This document shows positions 49,186 through 59,395 of a DNA stretch of 64,000 bases, piece after piece. Source of the DNA: an uncultured Erysipelotrichaceae bacterium (lineage in GTDB: Bacteria; Bacillota_I; Bacilli_A; RF39; UBA660); assembly GCA_902785135.1 (NCBI GenBank), contig CACZXL010000005.1, forward strand, positions 1,557 to 65,556. The letters run 5' to 3'. Numbering within the stretch: position 1 is the first letter of the stretch; the number at the start of each line of letters is the position of its first letter. Both the position numbers and the translations under genes were made by a program. The notes under the pieces are model-generated. The model made no database searches, was not told where the DNA came from, and was given only the letters and a program-made list of their open reading frames with translations.

Positions 49186-49955
49186 TATACTTCCTCAGCA
49201 AAACCTTTCTCTAATTTTTTAAACACTATAGTTCCAATCAATAAAACGACAAAACTAAACAAAAATACAATTCCTAAAGCTTGAAAATTTGGCATTGCTT
49301 TATAATAAAAAATATCTCTGTATCCTGCAAAAATTGTAGTTAATGGATTTAAATTCAATATCCACTTATATTTTCCAAACATATCTACGGAATATAATAT
49401 AGGAGTTGCATAGAATAGCATTTGAACAAAAAAGTTAACTATATATTCTAAATCTCTTACATATACGTCTATAGACGAAATAATCAAAAATATTCCTAAT
49501 TGAAGTGTATATTGAACTATTAGGATTATTGGCAAAAACAAAATATTCCAGCTCAAACCAATTCCACTAAATATTACAAAAATTAATATTATTAAACAAG
49601 ATATTAAAAAATTAACTAGACCACTCGTTACAACAGAAATAGATAGTATTTCGCGTGGAAAATAAACTTTTTTTATTATTCCACCGTTAATTAAATATGT
49701 ATTTGTCATTGACATAGTATTAGTAAACCATGTCCAAGGCAATATACCTAAAATTACATAAACCACATAGTGTTCTTGTGTACTACGTAATAATACAGAA
49801 AATATAATTGAATAAATGAAAGTAGTTAACAAAGGATTTATAAAAGACCAAAGTATACCTAAAAATGATCCTTTATATTTTCCTCTTATATCCTTATGTA
49901 CACTTGTTGCTAAAAATTCTCTATACTTAAATATTTCTTTAAACATTTTAACCAC
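49185..49955 (-). CDS. ABC-2 type polysaccharide/teichoic-acid export permease (Wzm/TagG-like)
   Basis: 256 aa, 6 TM; directly downstream of the ATPase gene. Confidence 0.75.
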   Translation of the reverse strand: MVKMFKEIFKYREFLATSVHKDIRGKYKGSFLGILWSFINPLLTTFIYSIIFSVLLRSTQEHYVVYVILGILPWTWFTNTMSMTNTYLINGGIIKKVYFPREILSISVVTSGLVNFLISCLIILIFVIFSGIGLSWNILFLPIILIVQYTLQLGIFLIISSIDVYVRDLEYIVNFFVQMLFYATPILYSVDMFGKYKWILNLNPLTTIFAGYRDIFYYKAMPNFQALGIVFLFSFVVLLIGTIVFKKLEKGFAEEV

Positions 49956-50685
49956 ACACCTTTATATATTCATCTATTACTTCTTTTGTTTTTCCATCCA
50001 TTTGAACTTGACCTTTATTCAACCAAATAGCCCTATTACATAGCTTTTTTACTGATGCTAAACTATGAGAAACTATTACAATAGTTTTATCACTTTCTTT
50101 TAATTCTTGTAATTTATCAAAACATTTATCTTGGAAATGTTGATCACCTACAGCAAGTATTTCATCTATTAATAATATCTCAGCATCAACATTTATTGCT
50201 ACTGAAAATGCTAGTCTCATATACATACCTGATGAATAAGTTCTAACAGGTGTATCTATTGCATCACCCAATTCTGAAAATTTAATAATATCATCTACTC
50301 TAGCATCTATTTCTTTTTTTGACAATCCAAAAATTGAAGCATTAAAATAAATATTTTCTCTTCCAGTAAAATCTTGATGAAAACCTGCACCTAATTCCAA
50401 TAATGAAGTTAATTTACCATGAGTAATTATTTTGCCTTTATTAGGATAAATTATCTTTGTCATTAGTTTTAAAAGAGTAGATTTTCCTGATCCGTTTACC
50501 CCAATTAATGCTACTGTTTCTCCTTTTTTTATTTCTAAATTTATATTTTTTAAAACAGGATGATACTCTGATTTTGTTGTTTTCCAAAATACTAATCTTT
50601 CTTTTAATGTATAAGCCTTATCATATACTGCTTTAAAAGATTTTGACATATTTATAACTTCAATTGCATTTCTAGTTTCTTTCAT
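49948..50685 (-). CDS. ABC transporter ATP-binding protein (Wzt/TagH-like)
   Basis: Walker A LIGVNGSGKST, signature YSSGMYMRLAF, Walker B LLIDE. Confidence 0.85.
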   Translation of the reverse strand: MKETRNAIEVINMSKSFKAVYDKAYTLKERLVFWKTTKSEYHPVLKNINLEIKKGETVALIGVNGSGKSTLLKLMTKIIYPNKGKIITHGKLTSLLELGAGFHQDFTGRENIYFNASIFGLSKKEIDARVDDIIKFSELGDAIDTPVRTYSSGMYMRLAFSVAINVDAEILLIDEILAVGDQHFQDKCFDKLQELKESDKTIVIVSHSLASVKKLCNRAIWLNKGQVQMDGKTKEVIDEYIKVCG

Positions 50686-50700
50686 AAATACTCCTTTCCA

Positions 50701-52116
50701 TTAACAATAATATCTAATAACTAATATAAATACTACTAAAACTAAACTAGTAATAGTTATATAATAGAAATTATTGTCAAAAATGTCTTTAAACTTGTTT
50801 ATTATTTTTAAAAATTTGCTTTTCTTAGGTATTTTTTCAATTATTTTATTATTTAATATAATTGGAATTAAAAATAAAAACGGCAAATAATATCTTCCTT
50901 GAATACCTGTAATTACAGACCCACCTATTTCCTTTGTGACTGTTACAGTCCAACTCAAATACATTAATGTATACATTCCTGCAATATCAAATAAAATCAA
51001 CAAGAAATAGCCTATTTTTAGCCATAATGGTAATACTATTTTTTCAAATAAAGAATCAATAATAAAAACTAATATTAAATATATTCGTAATATGAACATC
51101 AACAACACGGGAACATAAGTATCTAAATATCCAAAATTTCCCAGCATCCAATATTCTTGAATTCTTCTTTGACCAATAATATTACTAATTAGTATTTTAG
51201 CATAATGCTTTGGATGATTCATTATGTAATTAAGTTGCTCAGGAAGTCTTGAATTACTAACTGCATCACCAACAACCATATATGGAATTCTTCTAGCTAA
51301 GGTTAATAATAAAATTGAACCTCCTATTAAAAGAATTGATTTGATTTTCTTTTTTTTGCCTCCAAATACCTCTTTTGGAACTGAAAATAAAGCGAAAAAA
51401 ACAATTGAATACATAATTTTTACATTCAACAAAATAAATCCCGTAATAATTAATATTGCGTAATCAATTTTATTAATATTATTTTTTTCATATATTAGTT
51501 TTAATAATTCTGCTAGCGCTAAAGCTACGACAACTAATAATATTCCATCATATGTAACCATGCTTCTTAAAAATAAAGCAACAGGTAATAATAGTATTGC
51601 AAAAAACGATTTTTTGAATTTTGGTGTTATCTTTATTGCATAAAATCCTATTATTGAATAAATAAGCAACGAAAAAAATCTTGCAAATTGTAACAATACA
51701 TGTGTTGAAACAGTTTTAGCACTAAAAATATGTATATTATCAGCAATAAAAATACCGATTGCTGGAGCTAAATATGCTATTTTTGGAGAATCCTTAATTA
51801 CCGTATTAGAAAACTTTTTGTCATTAAAATCTTGAGGTAATAATTGGTCATTATACATTTCGACATACGTATATTTTTTTTCTCTATCATTTGCAATAGT
51901 TTTTGTTTTTTCAATACTTTCAAGTATCGATATTGGAACATCAAACCCAACTTTTTTATTTTTTAATTTAGGAATGAAATCTCCTTTACTAGTTAAATAA
52001 GAATAAACAAAATGAGAATCTTCATCAGGAGAATTAAAACTAGGAACTATAAAAACAAAAAGTGTTCCAAAAAATAACGATATAATTAAAAATAATTTAG
52101 CCATATTAGTTTTCAT
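50701..52116 (-). CDS. Polytopic membrane protein (GT-C/DUF2142-like, hypothetical)
   Basis: ~470 aa, >10 TM. Start uncertain (MKTNMAKL at 52116 preferred, because the upstream ORF stops at 52106). Confidence 0.5.
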   Translation of the reverse strand: MKTNMAKLFLIISLFFGTLFVFIVPSFNSPDEDSHFVYSYLTSKGDFIPKLKNKKVGFDVPISILESIEKTKTIANDREKKYTYVEMYNDQLLPQDFNDKKFSNTVIKDSPKIAYLAPAIGIFIADNIHIFSAKTVSTHVLLQFARFFSLLIYSIIGFYAIKITPKFKKSFFAILLLPVALFLRSMVTYDGILLVVVALALAELLKLIYEKNNINKIDYAILIITGFILLNVKIMYSIVFFALFSVPKEVFGGKKKKIKSILLIGGSILLLTLARRIPYMVVGDAVSNSRLPEQLNYIMNHPKHYAKILISNIIGQRRIQEYWMLGNFGYLDTYVPVLLMFILRIYLILVFIIDSLFEKIVLPLWLKIGYFLLILFDIAGMYTLMYLSWTVTVTKEIGGSVITGIQGRYYLPFLFLIPIILNNKIIEKIPKKSKFLKIINKFKDIFDNNFYYITITSLVLVVFILVIRYYC

Positions 52117-54262
52117 ATAAACGTAATATCTCCTTTTCAATTTTTTTCCATTCACGTGACTTAGCAGTTTCAATTCCACCTTTAATTAATTTTTCTCTTA
52201 GTTTTTTATTCTTGGAAATAGATTCTATTTTATCAATTGCATCATCAATATTTCCTTGCTCATATAACAAACAATTTTCATTGTCCTTTAAATATTCTAT
52301 ATTACCTTCATTTGGTGCTACTACTGAAATACCTCCAGTTGCCATCATTTCTAAAGGAGGATAAGAAAAGCTTTCTAAGATACTTGATTTAATTAAAATA
52401 TCTGCTGAATTATATATTTTTCCAACTTCATCATATGGAACCTTGTGCAAAAATTCATCAACATAATACCATTTTTTTGGTTCACCTTGATATGATAAAT
52501 ATTTTATTTCATATTTAGACTTATCAAGTTTTTCTACTATTTTAAAACTCTCATCAACATTTTTATAGTAGTCTTTGCTATTTCCTTCAATAAGTATTCT
52601 TATTTTTCCTTCAAAACTTCTTTTAGTAATTGGAAATTGCTCTAATTTTATTCCATTTGGAGCATATTTAACCTTTCGTCCAAAATCATTTATAAGCCAA
52701 GCTTCACACCATTTCGAAATAGTTAAATAATCTACATTATCAAAACTATAAGTCGCATTTGCCATAGGCTTAGTTTGATTTCCATAATTAAGAAAATTAG
52801 TTTCAAAATTTTGTACCAGATATGATACCTTCTTTGCATTTGAATATTTTCTTGCATAGTATAGAGTAGACCAAAGAGTAGCCACTAAATTATCAAATTC
52901 TCGTAACATTTTAGTTTTATATATCGATAAAACGTTTATTTCTCCATCATTATTTATAACATTTTCTTCATTCTTATCCATATTTATTATTGAAACTTCA
53001 TAACCATTTTTTCTTAATAAATAGCAATGTTTTAAAACAACATTTACCCCACCACTTATATTTGTAGTTGGTAAAACAAATGCAACCGATTTTGATAGTT
53101 TTGATTTAATAAATTGTGTATATTTATATCCTGAATATGTTGAAACATATTCTTTTTTTGCTCTTTCAAAAGCAGCAAAGCCAATACGATTTCTATTTTT
53201 TTTATCAATTATTAATTCTTCTAATTTATTGAACCAATCATTATCATCATTACTAACCAGAATTCCATCATCATTATTATTAATAATCTTAAATGCACCA
53301 ACATTTGAAGCAATTGTTGGAACTTTCACAAGTGCAGCTTCTGTCCATTTGTTTTCTGATTTTGCTCTATTAAATAGTGAATCTTCTAAAGGGGCTAGAT
53401 TAATATCCATATCAGAAATTATTTTTGGTAAATTAGTCCAGTTTTTAAAAGGTTCTACCATAATTCTATCTTGATATTTTTTTAATTCTTCTGGTATATC
53501 TAAATATCCAACTATTTTTAAATAAACAAATTCGTATTTTTCCATTATTTTTGTTATAGGAGGTACAATTAATTCAAAATCGGGATTATGTGTTATCGAA
53601 CCGCTTAAATAACCTAAAACAACTTTGTTATCATCTTTTTTTGATTCTTCAATTGCCTCAAGAGATAATTCAAGCATTTTTTCAGAGGCAACATTCTTAT
53701 TTACAAAAACTTCTTTAACATATTTTTTTAATTCTTTTGATAAAGTTTCTGTAGTTGTTGTTGCATAATCACATAGTTTTAAAGTATCCCCCATTCTTTT
53801 AACACCATCATAATATGTATCAAGCTCTTTTTTTGATATAGTATCTAAATACTTAATAGTTTTTGTATATTCTTTATCAAAAACTAAATCATCTATATCA
53901 TAAAAAACTGTCTTATTATTATATTTTGCTCTTTTAATAAAATTTTCTACTTCTTCTGTTATAGGGCATCTAAAAAACACAAATGCTCTATAATATTTTT
54001 CTAACTCTTCTGTTAATTGTTCATAGAAAACTTCTCCTGTTCTTATTCCATTAGATTCTAGTTGTTCTCTTTGATGAGAAACTCTATATCTACTTGGATG
54101 TGGTAAATAACATCCATTTATAAATAAAATGTCTTTACATTCTGGAGCATTACTCCTCATTCCATTTCTTATATATTTAACAGATTTCTTAGCTAAAGAA
54201 GTAACACCTTCTTCAGTTAAGGTTTTTTTTGTCTTTCTCATTAAATCATTTACTAAATTCAT
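52106..54262 (-). CDS. Two-module GT-B (GT4-like) glycosyltransferase, polymerase-like
   Basis: 718 aa. Two separate GT4-type C-terminal signatures (…LAPLEDSLFNRAKSENKWTEAALVKVPTIASNVGAF… and …ESFSYPPLEMMATGGISVV…). Confidence 0.65.
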   Translation of the reverse strand: MNLVNDLMRKTKKTLTEEGVTSLAKKSVKYIRNGMRSNAPECKDILFINGCYLPHPSRYRVSHQREQLESNGIRTGEVFYEQLTEELEKYYRAFVFFRCPITEEVENFIKRAKYNNKTVFYDIDDLVFDKEYTKTIKYLDTISKKELDTYYDGVKRMGDTLKLCDYATTTTETLSKELKKYVKEVFVNKNVASEKMLELSLEAIEESKKDDNKVVLGYLSGSITHNPDFELIVPPITKIMEKYEFVYLKIVGYLDIPEELKKYQDRIMVEPFKNWTNLPKIISDMDINLAPLEDSLFNRAKSENKWTEAALVKVPTIASNVGAFKIINNNDDGILVSNDDNDWFNKLEELIIDKKNRNRIGFAAFERAKKEYVSTYSGYKYTQFIKSKLSKSVAFVLPTTNISGGVNVVLKHCYLLRKNGYEVSIINMDKNEENVINNDGEINVLSIYKTKMLREFDNLVATLWSTLYYARKYSNAKKVSYLVQNFETNFLNYGNQTKPMANATYSFDNVDYLTISKWCEAWLINDFGRKVKYAPNGIKLEQFPITKRSFEGKIRILIEGNSKDYYKNVDESFKIVEKLDKSKYEIKYLSYQGEPKKWYYVDEFLHKVPYDEVGKIYNSADILIKSSILESFSYPPLEMMATGGISVVAPNEGNIEYLKDNENCLLYEQGNIDDAIDKIESISKNKKLREKLIKGGIETAKSREWKKIEKEILRLYEN

Positions 54263-54330
54263 TTTTACCTCCGTAACATTAATCCACTAATAATTATACC
54301 ATTTTAATCAAATAAATAAAAGTAAAATAG

Positions 54331-54361
54331 TAAAATAAAAATGATAAATATCATTTATCAT
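54331..54361 (-). terminator. Intrinsic terminator after the ChW-GH25 gene
   Basis: atgataaat-atc-atttatcat hairpin flanked by A/T runs. Confidence 0.45.
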
Positions 54362-54363
54362 TT

Positions 54364-56463
54364 TTAATAAAAAGCAGATACATCCACATTACCATTTATT
54401 CCAGTTATTTGGCCATCAGATTGAAACTGCCATCCTTTGTAATAACCTGTATATTGTAAATTTCGATAATATTGAGCAACCCATATAGGATATACTCTAA
54501 TTGATGATGAATATAGATTACCATATAAAGTATCCAATTGTCTAACACCAGAATACACACCTACATTATTGTATCCTTTACTCTTCATTACATTAACAAA
54601 GTGTGGGATAACTTTGATATATGTAGTTTTTGGAATCGAACTAAGTTCAGCATCATACCAAACAAAAGTAGATTTAGGAATATTATATTGATTCATTTTA
54701 GAAATGATAAATTCTGCTTCTTTAGTTGCTGCAGATTCAGTTTCAGCATATGCATAAATATAAATTGCATATGGAATTCCTAACCTTTGAACTGCTTTGA
54801 TATTTCTATCAAATTTTGAATCCACTCCACAAGCATCGTTGTAACTTGTTCCCCAACCAACTCTAATAATTGCTGCATCTACATCTTCTTGTTTCTTGAT
54901 TGTATCCCAATCAATATCTCCTTGCCACGATGATACATCAATTACTTTTTTAGCATTTTTTATCATTAACTTTCCATCTTCATCAAAAAAATACTTTATT
55001 CCATCAATCAATCTAAAACCGGTAACCTTATTATTAAAACAATCATAATAATTTGTATTATTATTCTTCCATGTTCCTGTAATACTCTTTCTTGTGGTTT
55101 TTCCAACAAAAGTCTCACCTTTTCTAACAAGTTTTATTTGTACTGCCTCTAACTTTGCATTCGAATTTAAGGCTCCCGCTGTTTCTCCGTTACGAGCCCA
55201 ATCTAACCATCCTATATTAACTATATAAGTTCTATAATATACATCATAATAATTTGATATTGATCCTGTTAGATTTATTGATATTGCTTCCAAGTTTCTA
55301 CTTAATCCTGTTGTTCCAGATTCTATATCGCTAGTTGATTCTTTACTCCACCCTCTTCTAGCAATAAAAGTTTTATATGTGATATTTCCTTCTAATTTAC
55401 TGTTAAGTTTTATTTTTATTGACTCTAATCTCAAATTATTTCCTAATGAGCCTGATGGTTCTCCTTCTTTAACATATCCTTGCCAACCGATTGATTGAAC
55501 ATGTGAAGAATATGTTACACTAGAAGAATCTTCTATGTAAGCTTTTGAAGAAACTTTAACATCTGAGTATTCTTTTGATTGTAATTTTATTTGTATGGCA
55601 CCTATATTTGAATTAAAGCCAGTTGTCCCTGCCATCATACCATTAGAAGTCCAATCAAGCCAACCAATATTATTACTATACACCCTATAAAATATATTAT
55701 ATTTTTGTGCTAAATTATCTGTTAGTCTTATCTTAATAGTTTCAAAATTTGAATTTTCTATTCCAACTTCATTATTACTATTTGTTTCTTTTGTCCATCC
55801 CGTTGAAGAATTATAAACTTGGTAAACTATATCTCCATTTATATTAGATTTATTATCTAAGTTTATTTTAAATAAATCAATTGATTTAGTATTATCAGTT
55901 ATTCCAGAAACTTCATTATTTTTCACTTCTTCCAACCATCCATCACTGTTGTGAGACTGGTAAGTTAAACTTATTTTTTTTGTTTCTTTTTCTACCAGTT
56001 TTATTTCTAGAGACTCCATTCTCAAACTCTTTCCTGTTGTTCCTGCCATCTGACCATTTTTTACCCATTCCATCCAACCAATATTTTGAACATGGACTCT
56101 ATAATACACATCATAATATTGGCTTACTTCACCTGTTAATTCTATCTTAATTGCTTCCATTCTTAAACTTTGCCCTGTTGTTCCTGCTACTGAACCTCCC
56201 CCAACAGTAGTCATCCAACCATATCTTTGAACATGGACTCTATACGCAATTCCACCAGAATATTCGTTATTTTTTACATTTATCCTCAAAGCTTCCATTC
56301 TCAAGCTTTGTCCTGTAGTTCCAGTCATATTACCCGAATCTACATAATTCATCCACCCATATTTTTGAACATGAGCTTGATAATTTATATCAAAAGCTTT
56401 TACTTTTGTTATTGGCAATAGTAAAAATAATAATAAAATTAATAGATATTTTATTTTTTTCAT
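54364..56463 (-). CDS. Secreted GH25 muramidase with ~8 ChW (clostridial hydrophobic W) repeats
   Basis: Signal peptide. Repeats YxVHVQxxGWxxWVxNGxxAGTTGxSLRxExxxIxL. C-terminal GH25 motifs DVSSWQGDIDW, AAIIRVGWG, IPYAIYIYAYA. Confidence 0.8.
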   Translation of the reverse strand: MKKIKYLLILLLFLLLPITKVKAFDINYQAHVQKYGWMNYVDSGNMTGTTGQSLRMEALRINVKNNEYSGGIAYRVHVQRYGWMTTVGGGSVAGTTGQSLRMEAIKIELTGEVSQYYDVYYRVHVQNIGWMEWVKNGQMAGTTGKSLRMESLEIKLVEKETKKISLTYQSHNSDGWLEEVKNNEVSGITDNTKSIDLFKINLDNKSNINGDIVYQVYNSSTGWTKETNSNNEVGIENSNFETIKIRLTDNLAQKYNIFYRVYSNNIGWLDWTSNGMMAGTTGFNSNIGAIQIKLQSKEYSDVKVSSKAYIEDSSSVTYSSHVQSIGWQGYVKEGEPSGSLGNNLRLESIKIKLNSKLEGNITYKTFIARRGWSKESTSDIESGTTGLSRNLEAISINLTGSISNYYDVYYRTYIVNIGWLDWARNGETAGALNSNAKLEAVQIKLVRKGETFVGKTTRKSITGTWKNNNTNYYDCFNNKVTGFRLIDGIKYFFDEDGKLMIKNAKKVIDVSSWQGDIDWDTIKKQEDVDAAIIRVGWGTSYNDACGVDSKFDRNIKAVQRLGIPYAIYIYAYAETESAATKEAEFIISKMNQYNIPKSTFVWYDAELSSIPKTTYIKVIPHFVNVMKSKGYNNVGVYSGVRQLDTLYGNLYSSSIRVYPIWVAQYYRNLQYTGYYKGWQFQSDGQITGINGNVDVSAFY

Positions 56464-56471
56464 AATACCTC

Positions 56472-57026
56472 CTATTCTACTACAACCCTTCTTATAACAG
56501 CATTATTTCCAGCATAATAAGTGACTGTATATGTTCCTTCAACTTTTGTATTTACCGAATTTTCCACTTCAATTATCGAAGATGCATCGCTACCATCAGA
56601 GTATGTAGCTTTAACTCCTTGATCCTTATAAGTACTTCCTTTAGATACAGTTATTTCATCTGAACCAATTAATTCTAATTTAACAGATCCACCTTTTCTT
56701 GTTTGTTCATTCTTAGTTTCTGTTTTTTCATTACCGCTTGGTTTTTCTGTCACATTATTTGAAGCAGAATTGTTGTTATTTGTTTCTGGTTTAGTTTTTT
56801 CTTCTTTCTTATTATCTATTTTATCTTCTTTTTTAGAATTATCTTCTTTTTTTATTTCTTCTTTATTATTGTTTTTTTCTATTTTAGTAGATTCATTTTT
56901 ATTAATAGTATTCTTATCTACAATATTGTTTTTATAGTATATTAAAAAAATAGCAAGAAAAATTACTATTACTATAAATAGTAAAGATAAATTATTTTTT
57001 CTTCTACGTCTATATCTTCTACTCAT
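56472..57026 (-). CDS. Membrane-anchored protein with K/E-rich linker and C-terminal Ig-like domain
   Basis: N-terminal TM LLFIVIVIFLAIFLIYY; C-terminal ...VKATYSDGSDASSIIEVENSVNTKVEGTYTVTYYAG. Confidence 0.5.
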   Translation of the reverse strand: MSRRYRRRRKNNLSLLFIVIVIFLAIFLIYYKNNIVDKNTINKNESTKIEKNNNKEEIKKEDNSKKEDKIDNKKEEKTKPETNNNNSASNNVTEKPSGNEKTETKNEQTRKGGSVKLELIGSDEITVSKGSTYKDQGVKATYSDGSDASSIIEVENSVNTKVEGTYTVTYYAGNNAVIRRVVVE

Positions 57027-57105
57027 ATTTTATCACCCATTCTATATATTATTTTAACATATATAGCTTAATTTATAAAATAAATCAAGTATTTTATTTA
57101 TAATA

Positions 57106-57134
57106 TACAAAAAATTGGCACAAAAAATGCCAAT
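57106..57134 (-). terminator. Intrinsic terminator after gtrA-like gene
   Basis: ttggca-caaaaaa-tgccaa hairpin followed on the minus strand by a T-run. Confidence 0.45.
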
Positions 57135-57136
57135 TT

Positions 57137-57580
57137 TTATTCTAAAAATAGTTTTCTAGTTACAAAGTTGAATACCATAACTATTGCAGTAGCGATTATT
57201 TTTACTATTAAATAACTAATCTTTATTATATCTACACCAAACCACATTATAAGTTCAGTTAATCCTAAACCAATAACACTAAATACTATAAATATAATAA
57301 AATTCTTTTTTTCACTCTTATTCTTATCTACATCAAACACCCATTTAACACTTAATATATAGTTAAATATAACAGATATAGTAAACGCAATAGCCGCACT
57401 TATTAATACTGGTATATTAAATACTTCTTTACAAATAATTAAAGTTACATAATCTATTACAAACGCTAAACCTCCTACTAAAAGAAATTTAAACATTTGT
57501 AATAATAAATTTTTAGTTTTATCTTTAAAATTTAAATGTAAAATTTTGCATAATTTATCAAATAATTTCTCTAACTTCAT
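57137..57580 (-). CDS. GtrA-family membrane protein (Und-P-sugar flippase)
   Basis: 147 aa, 4 TM, KFLLVGGLAFVIDYVTLIICKEVF. Confidence 0.7.
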   Translation of the reverse strand: MKLEKLFDKLCKILHLNFKDKTKNLLLQMFKFLLVGGLAFVIDYVTLIICKEVFNIPVLISAAIAFTISVIFNYILSVKWVFDVDKNKSEKKNFIIFIVFSVIGLGLTELIMWFGVDIIKISYLIVKIIATAIVMVFNFVTRKLFLE

Positions 57581-57587
57581 ATAACAC

Positions 57588-59393
57588 CTATTCTACCTTT
57601 TTTATTTTAACCTTTCCATTATTATTAATAATTTTATATAATTCTTTATTTTTTATATTTCTAAATAAATCATATTTATTATTTATTTCTCTTGTTGTAT
57701 TAACAACATATAAATAATCATAACCTAACATATAATTGTTTACTTCTCTATCAAAAAACTCTTTAGCATTGTCTAAAGGTAAATCATAATATTTTAGATT
57801 AGTAATTCTAGGATTTGCATAATATTTGACTGAAAATTGATACGTAGAGCCTGTATCTTGAGATAATAAGAATACTTTAGAATTTTCTTTAGTTTTATTA
57901 ACGATATCTTTTGCAACAATCTCTTCTTTAGTTATCTCTGGTTTTGATAAAGATGGTTTTAAATAATGTAATGATAATCTTTCCATAAATAACACTAATA
58001 AACCAAATGAAATAATACTAATATAATATTTTTTCTTTATAAATATATAATAAATAATAATTAAAAATTCAATTAATAAGTATGTATCCATATATCTATC
58101 AAAAGACGCTAAAGTATATCCTTCATCACCAAAGCAGAATAGATATAATATAAGCATTAAAAATCCATATCCTACCATTCCTATTAATACTGTTAAATAT
58201 AGTTTAAACTTATCATTTTGTTTTCTATAAATAATAAAATATAATACTGAAAATAGTATAAATGCTTTTATATAAGATAATTCAAATAAATTAAAGAAAG
58301 AAATCTTATATTTAAATATAGAATCTATATAATTAGTAAATATTATATGTTTTAAATTTGAAGTATTAACGATAATATTTTTTAATTCAAACAAATTTAT
58401 ATTTGAAATAACAAACTGTTTTGTCATTTCAAATTGATCTAAATATCTATTCCATGTTGATAAAAATATTAATGGTACTAATACTAAAAATACTATTATT
58501 TTTATATAATCTTTTTTAGTCTTTTTTTCTTTTATAATTCTAATTACATAAAAGAATAATATCATCAAATAAAACGCAATTGATATTTGTTTAGTTAATA
58601 ATAAGAATACTAAAACTATACATAAATTATATATAAATGATTTAGATAATAACTCTTTACTGAATAATACTTTCAACAAAGAATAAACTACTATTATTGA
58701 TAATAAATAATCATTATAAATAGAATTCATTACTCTATGAGTATCAAACATTAATATAGTTAATAGTATTATTACTATTATAGTAATAGTTTTAATAATA
58801 GTTTTTATTATATTTTTAAAATTAATCTTTGATACATTTATAAACGGAATAATAAATGATAATTCTAAAGTATGAAGTGCTCTTAAAGCGTAAGCTTCCT
58901 TATATGATCCTGATAGTTTTATCCAAAATAATTCAAATAATTGAAGAACAGGAGGATAATCTTTATGAACCATTAAAGTAGATTCATTAACAGAATAAAG
59001 ATTATCTAATCTTATCATCTCTTTAAGCATAACACCCCAATGAGATTTTTCATCCCACATGGTAAATACTCTATTTAAATCATAAAAATATACAAAAGAA
59101 TAAATAACTAAGAACATAATTAAACCAGTATTAAAATAGTTTTCTTTAAACTGACTTATTAATTCTTTATTATTTTTATTCTTTATTAATAGTATTATTC
59201 CAAGTAAACTATAAATAATATTTATTATTATTCCAATTTTAAAAGTGGAAAAAATCATTCCACTAATTAAAATTGGTATTGTAAAGAATAGTAATGTAAA
59301 TATTAATACTTTTGAAAAATTCTTTTTAAATAAATAAACAGAAGTTAAATTAGATAATAATATTATTAATAAAGGTCCTATAAAAGAAACCAT
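57588..59393 (-). CDS. GT-C-type polytopic membrane glycosyltransferase (GtrC-like) candidate
   Basis: 601 aa, ~14 TM, no soluble domain. Confidence 0.5.
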   Translation of the reverse strand: MVSFIGPLLIILLSNLTSVYLFKKNFSKVLIFTLLFFTIPILISGMIFSTFKIGIIINIIYSLLGIILLIKNKNNKELISQFKENYFNTGLIMFLVIYSFVYFYDLNRVFTMWDEKSHWGVMLKEMIRLDNLYSVNESTLMVHKDYPPVLQLFELFWIKLSGSYKEAYALRALHTLELSFIIPFINVSKINFKNIIKTIIKTITIIVIILLTILMFDTHRVMNSIYNDYLLSIIVVYSLLKVLFSKELLSKSFIYNLCIVLVFLLLTKQISIAFYLMILFFYVIRIIKEKKTKKDYIKIIVFLVLVPLIFLSTWNRYLDQFEMTKQFVISNINLFELKNIIVNTSNLKHIIFTNYIDSIFKYKISFFNLFELSYIKAFILFSVLYFIIYRKQNDKFKLYLTVLIGMVGYGFLMLILYLFCFGDEGYTLASFDRYMDTYLLIEFLIIIYYIFIKKKYYISIISFGLLVLFMERLSLHYLKPSLSKPEITKEEIVAKDIVNKTKENSKVFLLSQDTGSTYQFSVKYYANPRITNLKYYDLPLDNAKEFFDREVNNYMLGYDYLYVVNTTREINNKYDLFRNIKNKELYKIINNNGKVKIKKVE

Positions 59394-59395
59394 TA

